A stretch of DNA of 64,000 nt from Daphnia carinata (GCF_022539665.2 NC_081331.1:3534001-3598000); one strand, 5' to 3'; numbered from the stretch's first letter, positions 11,901 to 27,103 are shown. Program-made: numbers and translations. Notes: a model not told the origin generated them from the sequence alone.

Positions 11901-14900
11901 TTTCTTTCTCGTTTTGCTGCTCGGTTTGAGAAAGGGGAAATAAAAGGCAGGTCGTTAAAAAAATGAAAAAGCAATATGTGGCATTTTGCTGAGAAGATCA
12001 GGGCACAAGATCAGTTTGAAAAAAAAAAACGAATGGCAGCGTCACAAAAGATGTAGAACTGCGTCACACAAGTCTGAAAAAAAAAAAATCTAATGATACG
12101 GGGAGGATGTACTTAAGCATGCAGGGGGTTCCTCCTCTTCCATAAGAATAAAAACGAGAAAGAAAACAGCAACACATTTGTTGCAAGGAATGAGGGTATT
12201 CACGTGTTATGCTACCTGAAAAAAAAGCTAGCACAATTGCGGTTGGCTTTACGATAATGGCCATTGAGTAAGGAAAGTGAATAACACGAAATAAAGAAAT
12301 GTGCAACACGATTGCCACTTTGATAAAGAAGGTGCGATTTGACGACGTTTGACAGCGACAAACTTGTGTGCGTTAGAGTGTTTTGGGTATTATTTACCTC
12401 ATCCTCGGTTTTCACCTGGAGCTATAACTGGTGTGACAAGATGATGCTTCCCCGGCCCTAAAGGCCAAATATCCATGTGCACTAGAACAATCACTGATGT
12501 TGCAATTTTTTCTTCTTTGCTTTCTCACTTCACTTTTTGATTATCTTTTATTAGCTTTCAATCAGTTCACTTTGCCGAAGGATCACCAATTTCCACAATT
12601 TTTAAGCTTTGACCACCTTAGAATTCAAAATGTCTGATCGCTAAAAAAAGGGAAAAAATGAAGAAATGGAGAGGACACTTAAGGAATGAAAGGTAGGGGA
12701 GTCAAATCACTGAGAATTAGAGAACGGGCGAATGCAAGGCGCGTCCAACGCACGTCGTGTCGCAAACCCAACTGGCATGGACTTCGCTTCGCCTCGGTCG
12801 ATATAAACCGGGCGCGCTGCGGACTTTTGGGTAGGTGGGGCGAGAGCTGCACTGGAACGCTTGCGGTGCGTACAGGGAAGCCAATAACCAAAGCAAACTG
12901 AGGTACTGCGTTACGTTGGAGTAGCATCCACGTATGTAGTGTGTCTTTCTTACCTTTCTATTACTGTACGTAAGACTGTCGTCCTCTTACATTGTACGAG
13001 GCGCCTCCCTTGTTGTCGTGTGTGCAACTCAACCGACTTTCCATACCGAAATGAGCTCGTAGACGTTCATAACTCGCCTTCCCACCACTTTTCAGCACTT
13101 TACTGCATTGTTTTTTTTTTTTTTTGCCTTTTTTTTTTTAAAAGTAAGTTGTTACCGGTGGGAAGACAAACTTATATCGCCCCGCCTGACGTGATGCAAA
13201 AGGAAAACCTGAAATGTTGGTTACGCGTTTTTGTTAAAAATTCACGTGGAAAGGGGGAAAGAGAGAGGGGGGCATATTCTTAATTGCCGTTTTATTATTA
13301 TCGTTTTTTTTAGACGATTCATCAGTCACACGTAGAAAAGACAGAAGCAAAAAGTTGAAAGTCGTGTTGCTCTGCTGATCAGCTGACGCTGCGGTTCGCT
13401 AGTTTCTGCGCACTTCCGTCGTACTTTCCAACTATTATTGTATGACAACAGACAAGTGAGACACGGTTTATTTTTACGTCATACAGTTGAAGCGGAAAGC
13501 AAATAGATTTGGGGGGGGGACGGACGGAATTTGCATCACGTTGTTGTATGCGACAAAATGTGACCATTCGAAATTCGTCATAAAAATATACGAGGCCATC
13601 ATTCCGCATGGCACCATAATGTTCCGTACATATAAAATACATCCGGTAATTCACTTCTCCAGCTTTTTTTTTTTTTTAGTTACTCCGCACTGTAAAATGT
13701 TGTCACTACAAGGGTGGATCCGCGCACGTATAAAAATGTACGAACATGGTCATTGAGCTTTCGAGAAATCCTATACAGTAGAGGATGAGAGACCCCATTG
13801 GCCTTTTTGTTATCCGTTTTTATGATTTCATTTTTCCATCAGTGATAGTTATTATCTATTAAAGAAATTCGATCCAATTCCAGGCAACTATACGATGAGA
13901 TCACGAAGACCATACATCCTCATTTCTCTCGATCCTGTAGACGAGAGACATTTTTCCTTTTTTCTTATCTTGTAATTGGAGATGAGTGACGGATAAGCTG
14001 CTGGATTGAAATGTTGACCCGACAGCAACTATGTCAAGATGAGTCCATCTGCTAGCAATAGATACAAACATTTTTTTCTAAAAACTGTGGGCAAAAGAAG
14101 CAAAGAAGGGGAAGCTAGACTGACATTTAAAACCCAAACCAGGTATTCATTGTGCAAATGGGCCATCCAACTGATGTGAGGTGACACTAACCGGGGAGAG
14201 GAAATGGTTGACGATCTATTTTAATAGACTGGGCGTGAATACCGTTGAATAAGTGCTCTCTGTCGAGTCTCTGTGCGAAAGTAGAAAGAAATCGCGAACT
14301 TTACTGGCTTAACTCCGGCCGTAGAGGAGTAACAGCTTGTAGTCAAACAGCCAAAAACGAAACAAAAAGGTGAGCCAGACGCGCATCGTGCCGACGCATT
14401 CAGACAAACTATTAGAACCGCCCTTTATTTTAACGACGAACAAGCAGCCATTTCATCAAACAATTTTTCATCGTAAAGGCGTCGTTGAAACGTGTGATAC
14501 CTTACCTTGTCTCAGGTAGTTTTGATCCATTCCTTACCCTTTTCGTCAGCAAAGAAGACGGCAACACTGCGGAACTCAAGTATTCGACAGCGTTTGTTTA
14601 ACCTTCGCTTCATCGACTTTATTGCCTTTGTACGCAAAGCGTGTTCCAGCAATCACGACTACAATCGCATGCTTGAATGCACGCCGGAAACGGATTTACA
14701 AATTTCGTTTCTTTCGTGTACAGCGTAATAATTGAAAAATAAGACTCCTCCTTTACTCACGGCGTCCTTAAAGAATCATCATTTTCCGCAATGCAATTAT
14801 GCACAAAAGGATACAACAAGAAAGTAAACAAAAGATTTGTGAACGTATACCGTATATCAGGTGTGAGAAGAGCCCAGAATGCAAATATGCGAATTAACAA

Positions 14901-17900
14901 TCCATTTTCACCTTGAATTACGAACAATATGCTGCGCAGCCAATGATTGATGATGAAGCGCTGTGTAGGGAGAACGGTATGTTTCCGTCTTGCTGAACCG
15001 TGCCAGTCCCCATGCTGAACTGTTGGACCGATGAAATTGCAAACTCATTTCCCCCTTCCAAATACATTTTTGTTTGCCCCTTTTCTGCCACCTTACGTCA
15101 GCATGTCGAATTAGGAAAATAAAAAGTAGGGTAACGGTAATGAAGCAACTGTGCCAAACCTTACATCATACGTTGTCAAAGTTGGGGTGAAGGAGACAAA
15201 AAGAAAAAAGGTCACCATTCGTTTAGAAAAATATTTAAATTAGTTTTCCTACCCGTCGCATTCTTTTCAGCATTTTTGTCCATATGGTCCGTGTCGAAAA
15301 TTGTGTGCCAAAAAAAAAAAAAGGAAAATATCTCCCACCGCAGATCCTTTTGAAGACGCCGTTTATATGGTGAGAATGTAAGCCTCTGGTGTTTGGCAAC
15401 GGGTTTTCTCTCCCTGCACAATAATACTGATATTACTCATGCGTTGGTGCGAAGCCAATATCGAACTGGGTTTGATTTTTGCTCTCTCCCAAAAAAAGGC
15501 ATGGCTCATGCTTTATGTCAAACGAGAAGCTTCAATGACAAACGACAAAAGACGTCTAAGCCTCTTTGTATAGGCTCTACTCCGCCATTCCGCCGTGTTT
15601 TTGGAGAGTTACGGCCATAATAACTGCTGTTTATCAAAGAATGTGAAGAAAAAGAAAAAGTCACACACACGATTCATTCGACAGTAAAAGAGCGGAATGC
15701 ATTTAGCTCGCCCTTGAACAAGAAAACAAAAATTTAAAAACGACGTCGGGGAGCAAAAAAAAAAAAAGATACACATAAATACAAAATAAATAAATAAAAG
15801 AAAATATATAAATCAGTATTAAGGTCGGATGATCTGGGGAGTTGACTAAGGGAAAATAAGGGCGTATTTCACGCTGGAATTGGGGAGCGAACATAATAAG
15901 GCTCGTTCGTAATCCGTGCGCACGAATGAAAAAGGGGGAGTGTGAAACACACAATTTAGGTCAACTTTTATTCTTTCCCCTCATTCTTTTTTTTTTCTAT
16001 ATCATCAGGGTCATAACTGGTATCATGCAAAATTATTACGTGTACAAGGAAAAGTTGGCAGAAACTGGCAATCATCCCGTGATTTTTTGCGCTATTATAA
16101 GTTTAAAAAAAAACTTGCATTGCCCGCAACACAAAAAGAGCGAAATAAGGCACCGCCCTAAAAGTCCACTATTATGAAATATTAAATTGATAGCCCATTT
16201 TTTTTTGGTCAAAATGTAGAACACGTCAAGTATTATGTGCAACGGTGTTGTATAAACAGGTACAGTATGCATGGGTGGGAGAAGCGTGATTCGGCGCCGT
16301 TACGTCTGGCGCCGACATGACTACATCCTCACATTATGTTCCAAACAGACGGGAAGTTACTTTTGAGCTATTTTTTTGTTTTGTTCCGATCTTATTTTTT
16401 ACCTACAAAAACAAGAAGAAGAAAAAAAAAGCTAGTTTATTAGCACCACGAATATTAACTGCCACCGAAAAAAAGGTAAATAATGTTAAACGTAACGAAA
16501 ATAGCGTGTTTACGATGCCATCGACGTCATGTTGCTCTAATATAACCTGTACTTTCATGCCAGATGAGCAACAGACTTCCATAACGCGACAGGTAACTAC
16601 ACATTTCATCTGGATCGCTATCTCTCTATAGTTGAGGCAACATAGCGCTTGCATGCTCGGCGGTGAGTGGCATATCTCATATCGTCGTCGAAAGTCTTTG
16701 GAATGAGGTGAAACTCGGTGAAACGAAGAGCGGGTGACCTGTTAAAATGATATGCTCTTAGAGGTAGCATCTCTGGAATGCGAGGGACATCAGCCACAAT
16801 CATCACTACAGATGAGAAAGGACTCTTAGTTATGTTACGTATGTCACTCGCTTTTGTGTCTGGTCGAAGGACGCCAATCTGTGCAGACGGTGCGCATTCC
16901 TCTTCAACAACTTACTGGATACCAGCGGATTATTGTTCCAAATGCGATCTCTTTACAACTGCTGCGTTCTAGAGCAATTAAGCCATACCGATCCCGGCAT
17001 TTAAGCCATACCGAAAACGGCAAGACGGAGGCCTTTTACGGGCCATATAATTTTGCTCGTCCGTGGGTTTCATTATTGAATTTGAACGACTTTTCAATTT
17101 CCTTTTTACAGGCAGAGCCATCTAGTAGTGATGCAGTTAGTTAAAATTTTAACGAATAATAGATGGCGTGAAAGATTCAGCTTCCATCCATTTCGAAAAT
17201 TAAGCAAGCCACAAAGACTCGTTTTAAAATCAAAACAAATTTACCTAACACTGCTGATCGACTAACCTTCGTCCGTCTTCGTGTGACTGATTTTCTACAT
17301 TTAGATATTTATGACTGAAATAGCCACTCTGCTGGATTGGCAAAGACTTTCAACAGTGCCGGAATACGGAACGCTTGTGCCGGACAAAAAGAGCCGGGCG
17401 CATCACCATCGACCGGTTGGCTCTTTTTTGCATGAAGATAACAAAAAAGAAAGAAAATGGAAAAGCAATAACAAACAACGGAAGAAAGAAAATAAAAAAC
17501 GTTTGCCTATTCGTGTCGTCTTTCTTTTATTCTTCTCTCAACTGTCCCCGTCTATCTGAACACGACATTTACATATTTCAGGCGCGTAGCTTGTCAATCC
17601 GTTTTTCACCAATTTCACGTAGCCTTTTTATACGGCCAAAGACGAGCCTACATATGAATATCAGATGGAGCCCAATCTTAGCTCTAAGCGGCGCGTTCCT
17701 ACACAGACACACACACACATACACAAAAAAGTCTTATCGAATAGCTTGAGATTTGTTGCCATCCAATTCAGGAGAGAATGGGTAAAAAGGGGGAAGGAAA
17801 ATAATGCTATGCATCATCCGCATATAGCAATAAGAGATGCACTAAAAGATAGTCAAGCAGGCAAAACACGGGTATTAAGCATTAGGCTATATTTTAAAAA

Positions 17901-20900
17901 TCGATTCCGCTTTCGCACGTAGGTTTGAATAGCAATCTCGGCAATACTGGGTGGATAGGCATTCTTTTCACGTATTTAAAGCGATCAAAAGTATGCGGTT
18001 CGTTGTATATTTTACAGAAATACGCTACGATGGAGTATGGATATGTCGTATTTAGAAGAATATGATTCGACCTATTCTTATGATTGCCATTAGGACAATC
18101 GAATTGCCTGCTCACTGGTTTATTGCTGATCGATAGAGAGAATAATCTGCATAATTCTCGCTTCATTATTAACTTGAACGGGTTTCACTTGACATGCAAA
18201 CAGAGGAAAAAGCAAACGTGATTACTGCAAATAGCATCCTTACAGAACTGCGTGTTTACTCTTCGATATTGCTTTCTTCTTGCTTTAAGTCAACCGTTTG
18301 TACGCACAAAAAGTACTGGAGAAGTGTTAGAAGAAGCCGACTAAAGAAACATTTCAAAATAGAACTCTCAGAGGAAGAAAGTGACGAAATGGATCGATGG
18401 CAAAGTGGGATGGCGAGACATCGTTAATGATCAGAACTATCTCAGCTAAATGGTTGAAAAAGTTGGACGTATGGAGATCGGAAAAAAAATACTGAATTTG
18501 AATATAGGAACAGAATATCAACTTGTGTACGGCTTCTGTGGTTCTACGCAGTTTGTGTTGCACTTGTAAGGATGCGTTTACAAAGTTACACGCAGCCCAA
18601 GTTTAATATTGAATACGAGAGCTTAGCATTTAGTTATGGTCTCCAAATGATGACAGCAGTTTTGTTTCTAATTGCGTTATACGATGGATTATGGGTGCAT
18701 ATTAACAAAGCTATATGCATAGCAAATATCTTATTCAGTTCTAAGTTGGAAAGAGCTTTTCAGACGCAACAGCCTAAATTATACTACGAACAGCGATTTG
18801 AGCCCTTCCTACCATTTTTCTCTTATTTTTCAGCACAGAAAGATCGCTTTATATTAACGAAAAGTAAAAAGAAAAACAAAATCATTTTAAAAGGGAGAGA
18901 ACGACGTACCTGGAAACAAGCTCTTTCTGCATGAAGGTGTAGACGGAAGTAACAGTGCATCTGAGGGCAAGGGACTCAACTAGAGCGACGAAAATAAATG
19001 CGACTTGTGTAGAGGAGAGGGCACAAAGTTATCGGCCTAAAACTGTAAAAACAAAAGACAATCGACAAAAAAAGAAAACGTTTGAAGGTAGGGAGAAGGG
19101 GGGAGAATTTTGATATTTTGCGTATTATTTACATCATTGTTCCTCTTTTTCCCTTTTTTTTTCATGTTGTGCTTTTGGCATACTAATATCTGCAACCCTG
19201 CGTTTGAAATTTAAATACAATGTCTATAGAATGCATTTTTCTACACTGTCATACAGCCTTTAGGGTTTTTTTCCTCCTAGGATAACGCAAAAAAAAAAAA
19301 AATCAGGGTGCGAGGCAAATGATGAATTGTAGCCCTATTTCGAATCTGTCAAGTAACCTAATATTCTTGTTTGACATTTTATGAGCTCGGAGAGAGTGTT
19401 GACTGTAACAAATAGATTTCCATCCGTTACCTGTCTAGGCAGGGTCTGAAACCGCCCAGATCTGGGCTCAAGTATGTAATCAACTCGAACGAGCAATTTC
19501 ACTGTATTTTCAAGCCACTTGATAAGGTGGTATCGTGAAATTGCATTGTGCACAGCAATTTCCAACAGTTTGGCTGAAAGTTGGGTCATGTCCCGACTCG
19601 TTCTTCCCATGGTAAATCGCACTTACAATGAAGGCAGAAGGAACAAAGCGAAGGTCAATTCATCTAAAGTCCATAACATCTCCAAGTGGATACATTCTGA
19701 GAAAAAAAGAAACTCACATTACGTTATTAGCGGAAATATAGTAAGGTCGACGAGGTGGTTTAACGGACGAGTTAGCTGGCAACTGCACCACCGGATGAAA
19801 CTAGAAATAGGAAAGAAAATTGAATGCAGCTAACCATTTCCTTCTTGCCTCTTCCTGTCGGACCCATTCTCACTGCGCTTTGCCTCACGAGGGCCTTTTA
19901 AAATTCTTATGCAAGATCGATTCCACTACGCGTCAATTATACTGGCCAGAGTGGCGACGCATTCTCAGGCACACCGGTTAAATCATTCTGGCTTTTATTA
20001 GACTATACCTAACTTTCCGCTCACGTGCTGTATTATTTAACCGGAAAGCCAATTCACTGTTCGCGATGGCGTTGACGTAAATTGGGTCCGCAGCAGTTTA
20101 CGACACTTAGAATTTAACTTGCGACACTCATTCCCTGTTCTTTAGGCAACTCATTTTGTAAAATTCAGCCATAACACAAAGAATGCTTATCGTATTAGTC
20201 AAGCTATCAAGCATTTTGCTTACATAACCAGACTTTCGGTACGGATTTTCTATCTATGCAAGACAGCAAAATAAAAAAAAAGGAACTCGAAACTTCATAT
20301 GCCGGTCTATTGACGTCGAGTGAAATATGCTATGAAGTAGGCGCTTTTGATCAGCCGATTGCACTACTCAAAAGCGAATAGAAATTGTCCGTGTTCCAGG
20401 CAAACTTTTCCTCCCACATACTTTTTTTTTTTTGCTTTCGCCAAAACGAATCAACTTGGCTCGTAACGCAAAGAGCTGCGGAAGAGGAAAACACGACCAT
20501 CAACTCGGCCCAAGTTCACAATCTAAGCCACGGGTAACTGGCAAACTTTGAAAACGTCGTTTAAATTTTATTTATCAAAGTGAAAACGCTTATGTTAAAG
20601 TATATTGTTATTGCCAACGTCTGGAGTGAATTGAATCTTTGATAAACGACCATTGTATCTCTTCTATGGACATAAAATTCACAAATCCATCAGTGCTTGG
20701 TTGCATCTTACGACTTTGATCTTTTTTGATGTAACGCCCTTGTGTCATATAACTCGCGTATCAATAGGTATCATCTGCTCTGAGCCATTGATAGCGCTGA
20801 ATAAACAGTATAAGCTTTACTGGTGAACGAAGAAGGGTGCACATCACAACTTCACCGTTCGTGACATGATAATTGACATGGAAGCTATTGTACGCTAGCT

Positions 20901-23900
20901 GAGTGGTGCCAACTCGTTTCATCGAACTGTAGGGCAAAAAACAAGTGCATCGATTTTTGGAATTGCATCGAACGATTCGTTCGTCACATTTAAGACTTTT
21001 CTTGCTTAGTATTTAAAAATACATGGAACGAATGTTTACTTATTCCCTTTGAGAGCTTTAAAAAGTAAGAACTTACGATTTACATACCGTACTGCTTCTA
21101 TTCATTGGTATTACCTGTATTGCCCATTGTGGAAGGTTGCGTATTACGGCTAGTTTACATACATGCAAATCCTTTAGCGGCCTTGCCACTCAAAAAGAGA
21201 CCACTGGCTGGCACACGAAAGGATTCCATCTTTACACTAATATCAGAAATGGTATGCACAAACCGCACGATAAACAGAAACCAATTTGATCGGCCGAAGA
21301 GAAAAATAACATACCCTAAAAGATTTAGTTTTCTCTCGCTAGCGAACATCGGAGATATATTAGCGTTTGTGTTGTTCTGGAGTCTTTCCTACCCACACAG
21401 TGATCAAGGACAATAAGCGAAAGAAACTGAGATAGAAACGTGGGCATCGGATTTCTGAAATCTGCTCCACGTTCGTCGTTATTGCCCTTTATTCCTTACA
21501 AGAAGAACCTGAAACCGTCGACATTGGCATTGGATTCTGTTAAGAACGAGAAGACCCACGTGGAGCAGATCTCCAGCTAGAGAAGCGCAGGCAAAATGAG
21601 TTCTGCTGAATAAATGAAAACTTCATAAAGAAGCAAACACAAACAAATATTGACAATCATTAGCATCGCGCCCAATAAATATAGTGCTGAGAAAACACAA
21701 ATCAAAGGCATCTATCGATCATTATTACTGCACTATTTACACAGTCATAAACAGAGATGAAGAGTCTTTCCCATTGGCGCTGAATACATAATAAGATTGC
21801 AGATGGAAATATATTAAACAAAAAAATAATAGCTCACCTCAATAATCGTGATGGCTTTAGCGAAGATAAAGAGATGCCTCAAATGACAGTGATGTATTAT
21901 CATTTTAAACGAGAAGCAAACAAGCAAAAAAGACAAATAAGAAGAATGAGATAATAACAGTCCACTCCAGTTGTCACTTCTCCACGTCACGCGAATTGCA
22001 TAAAACAGTTTAACAGGAATGCATAGCAATTTACGTAACATCAAATCTAATGTTGCGTTGGCTATCCTCTCAGTCAATTCGTTCGTAAACTCTATCGATT
22101 TTTGTTCTGATGATGAGGGTTCATACTACTAAAGTATAACTGGCATCATATTATCTTTTATACCATTATATGTATAAAACTATTTTCCATATAGGCTGAT
22201 GGTATCATGCATCACAGATTTCGACCGCAAAAAGGAATTCTTTCCCACAGAGCCCATGCTCTTTTCACGGAATTGGAACGTTTGTAGGATTGGGGACCAA
22301 ATTTCATATGAGATATCCCATGCATAAGAGAACAACAAAGCAATCAAAGGAAAAAGATGTGAGGCAAAAGACAAGCGACGCATCCATTTCCTTCCGATTC
22401 TTCTATCATACGTGAACTGGAGCTTAAACCTATCTTATAGTACTATTGAAAATTCGTTTAGATTTGAACTTGTTTCTAGAACAATTTATGGAGTTCTTAT
22501 GCAGAAACTCCGCTCTCCCACATTGCAAGCGATGCCGATACACCAATACTTGCCCTTTCATTCTATTTCGTTTTTTTTATTAGTGTTCCTCTTGTTTTCA
22601 ACATTTCTTTTGAAATTCCCTGTCTTGTATGTTCCGATGTCGGGCAACATCAAACTTTGAGAAATACGTTGGAAAATGGAGCTCAAGCCATAGAACCCAA
22701 ATTATAGTCGGATAGAAGACGACATAGAACCAATGAAAAATAGTAACCATAAAAGAAAACGCGTGAGGTTTTTTTATTTTTGTTTTCAATAAGGGCGGCT
22801 TTATACTAACACACTCCTAGCGCAAAATCGATGACAGAGATGAATGGCGTGGGTTTCCGCTATCTCTTCTTCTATCTCAGCCTAACGCACACTGAGAAAA
22901 TGCACCGGGTTGCACACATGATCCCGTCTTCACTATTTTCCCCCGTTTTTTCCAATGTTACCCCACTGACGTTACTGACATTAAATATTAATAATTCGTT
23001 CTCGTGGCGCAGGGGACCGTCATGTACGAAATCCAACAACAAAGGCGTCGCTCTTCTTCCGATGCTTTTTATTAATCAGTTTAGTGGAAGGGCTCTAAAC
23101 GAGGTTGATAGTTGTATATAGACAAGGAAAACGTCGTTGGCTCACAAGGGGAAGCCACAGCATTCAAACACCAGTGAGCTGTAATTAATCTCAGCAGGAT
23201 GTACGTACGGGTATCATCGATCCGGAAACAAAGATTGATGAACCGCAAAACTTTTAGTATTACGTATAGTAATCGGCTTGTCCACACGACATCGTGCGAT
23301 TAGATAGAATTCGTAGCGCGTCCCTTTTCGTTTTGTAGCTAAAAATCGTCTCATTCATTATGTTTTTCAGCTTTGCCATCATCGAAAAGAAATGACGCAG
23401 TTTTACGCACTGTCATTTCTGGGAGAATTGCAACGATCGTCATCTCTAGAAAATATACAGACAGAAGCCCTTGATGAAACCTGGTGTCGACGGGTGGGTG
23501 TCTTTAATGCGTAGATAGAAAACCTGTTAGTCGCTACCCCGAGACAACCGCCCCCCGTTGTTGAGAGTAATCCAATTTCTTTGAGATGTATCCGCAATGG
23601 TGTTAATACACGCATAGAGACAGGCGTGAATATGGGGAAATCAGGACGGTAGTAAAGATTTGGAAAGCAGATCGGGAGTTGGCAGGAATAGAGCACAGAG
23701 CAACGAATTACAAATAGAGTGCTATGACCACTGTCCCAGCACTTCTCGTATAAGCCAAATCTACCTTTGAAAGTAATTTGTTTAAATGAACTTACCTATT
23801 ACATGTGGGCGGTTAAGGGGAGGCGCCGGTAGCATATCGGACTGATATGCCATTTTCACGGGTTCAAGCATTTTCATTTCCGTTGTTTAAACTGCAGCTC

Positions 23901-24174
23901 TTTACTAGGTGAGTAGGTAGGTAAATACGGATTTTGTGCAGTTTTTTAAACCGTTCTGCAATGGGAGGGGATAATCAACCGAACTAGATTTTAGAACTGC
24001 GTGAGAGATAGGAAACACGTCAACACCCATCTCAGTTTCAGGCAACTATTGTGTTTATGTCTCACCTGCTTTTTTGCCTTCGGTGATTGCCTTTCCCGTT
24101 TCTTCCATCGCCATTTGAAGCTAAGGGAAAGGGTCATCAAAAATCCATAATGGCCGATTCCACTTTTCTCTCCC

Positions 24175-24177
<3 letters not shown>

Positions 24178-24229
<52 letters not shown>

Positions 24230-24230
24230 C
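24178..24230 (+). repeat. (CT)n microsatellite with a short (CTTT)n tail
   Basis: Direct read. Confidence 0.95.
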
Positions 24231-27103
24231 ATATCCTCATTTCAAACCAAGAAAACACAAAAATAAGCTATCGATTGTGTCCGATGACGGAAAATGCTAG
24301 AAAGGGATTTTTCACTACGTCTAATGGTTGTGTTACCCGACCCTTAGCAAATGTTATCAATGTTTGTTGAAACTACGCACAGGTAACAAAGTGCATGCTA
24401 CGGTTGTAACACACTCACTAACAACCTACGACTGTGCCTATGTTAACAACAATTTGGTCTAAAAAGTGTTCTCCAAAGTTCAACAGCTATAGTTACAATT
24501 GTGCACTAGGTACAGATCTGAATTTCGTAGTGCAATGTGAAAAAACATAACACTGTACACTGCCTTCCACCACTGGATGACGGGTATACCAATGTAGGGT
24601 TCAGTTTCCCATCCAGATTTGTTCATGCACGGTCAATTTTATCTATCCATTTGGCTAGTGTAAAACATAATCAGGATCAACACGTATCACCATGGTCACA
24701 CATGGTTCATTAAGGGTTTCTTTTTAGTACTATTGGCTTCCAAAACAAACTGGATCGCATTAGGTACGCGCCGTTCTATTCCCGGAATTTCACCTCCAAA
24801 GGGTAAGGGAAATAAATAAACCCCTATAGAATAAATACGGAAAACGAAAAAAGAAGACGGAAACAACTATTGGAGCGTAGGTAATAAGGCTTAGTATCAA
24901 AATCGTCTTATATACACGTGGAATTTCAGTGCAATCACGATATTGAAGCACAGCTAGAGGTGCTTGCAAAGCGATAAAGATATACTGGCTCGTACCGTAA
25001 CACACCATAAGTCTCTCCAAACAGTTAAACATTGTTTTGTTTTTAAGGCTCGCCAAGGAAACACTGTGGCTATTCCGCCGATTCCATCCACTTTGGCTAA
25101 TAGCCTCGTGAATCCGGACGCTACTTGTCTTCAACTGGTGGATCCAACAACGGTGAGATTTACATAGGACGACTAAGAGTCGTGAGTGACCCTTCTGCAT
25201 AAGGCCCTATAGCAACGTCCATCACGAGTAGCCCCTCCACAACATCAAACCCAAAGATGACACTCCTTGCTCCGGTTTGTATAGTGCCTGAAATATAGTG
25301 CTGTTGTAAGGCTTGCGCTCGACATTTACACCCGGTCAGCCAAATACAATAGGTTTGTCGATTAGAAGCTACGAGTTCCGTAGTAAAGGTTGAATAGCTT
25401 CCCGTTTCACGTTCCCCTTATTCCGTTTCCCGATTTATGGCACTTGGTAGATTCAAAGGGGGAGACTCATTAGTGGCAATGCCAGATGCTTACATGGGCA
25501 GTGCCTAATTACTTGGTTCAGTTGTTTTGCTCAAATTCCCGTTGTGTGATTATTTTCCCCCTTGTGTACGAAGCAGTGTTTTGCCGTTGCGCTTTCTCGA
25601 CAACCGTTGGTTGCACAATTGAAAATCGTTGCGTGAATGAGGCACATAACAATCTGAAATGTGTATCGTTCATTATAGCTCAGTGTGTGTGTGTGCCAAA
25701 CTGAAGTTCACCCTTGAGAGAGAGTCTCTGTGTTTTATGTAGTATGGATGATTCATACAGCCAGCAGTATATTTATCCCGCACGGAACGAATCACTATAT
25801 GAATTTATGTATGTATATAGGGACGGGTGGGATGTATAATAGGGGACAGCGTGGGTATGAAGTCAATAGGAGGGAATAAGGGAATTGGAACGACAGAGCT
25901 GACAAGGGCGAAAAAAAAAATGATTATTGACGGCAACTTAATAACACGCGTCCCGCGGCAAAATAACTACATGTTGACTTGTGATTAGTCCAATCAAGAG
26001 CGACAGGCGTCCTCCCACGACGCCGTTTGGGACAGCGGATATAACGAGGAGAGATGGGAGTAGTAGGATGCCACCAGCAGAAATAAATATGATGATGATT
26101 GGACGACACATGGCGTCGCTTACACGGGCTGGCAAACAACGAACACGGCACGTGTCATTGCGGAATTTTTTAAAAAGAAAAAACAAACATGGAGGACGCT
26201 CCGAAACTGCCGGAAGAACTTCGACAAGCAAGAGCCGGTAGGGAAACGTGAGTGGGATATTCGAACGAAACAACAGATTCGGAAGAAAAAAAAAAGCAAA
26301 ACAACATTGATTCAGTGTGTGCATTCGCTCGTCATTCGTTCCGTTAAAAAATAAATAAATAATAAGATTTTTCGTTCTTATAAAAACATGGGGAAAACAA
26401 GACTGCCTTGAAATGCATGTATACAACCACACGGGCCAATCAAAATAAATGGCGAACGAAGAAGCCGAATAATAATCTTATAAGAACAGGGTACTAGATG
26501 GCTGTAATAGAGCATCAGCCATTGTTTCATTCTTTTTAAATCTTTTATACATTTTCTTTTCCCTCTATCTTTTTTTTATCGAGTCATCCAGCTGACATTG
26601 TGAAAGTTATGTGACGACGACGATGGAACTAATGGAATACGATATCGATCGTAGTGAGGTGGAATACAAGCAGGAACCAAATGATATGGGTGCAAGCAGT
26701 TGTGTCTCTTCGTCGGGGAAAAAAATAAAGAGAAGAATCGCATGTGACGACAGCGAGAGTTCAAAAGGAGGTTAATACTAACGGAGAAGGCGTGGGGCAA
26801 TGTCAACAAATTCCGATAGCTTGCCAGAGTGTTCTGGCGTAGAAGTGCTGATGGGAGCAAGAATCGTACAATATTACCCCGTCGAAAAAGAAAAGACGGA
26901 ATGCAACCAACGTTTAGAAATCCAGCATCGCGGAAGCAGCAAACTATTCACAGAGTTATTGGCTTTCGTCTTTGGAGTCCTCGGTTAGCAAGTCGTACAT
27001 GTACGTACCTATACACGGACACCGATTTTTCTCTCTGTTGTGCTTTTGGCTCAGAACCTTCTTCAGTTCATCTTCTCCATTCTCTTTTGTTTTCCCGTCG
27101 TCT

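Noticed and set aside
19335..19622. 95-aa minus-strand ORF with protein-like composition
   Set aside because: It starts within a splice-donor motif, has no recognisable domain and no supporting exon structure.
24790..25330. Possible decayed transposon or gene fragment (several short open frames)
   Set aside because: No RT, transposase or other motif is recognisable; a blastx search would be needed.
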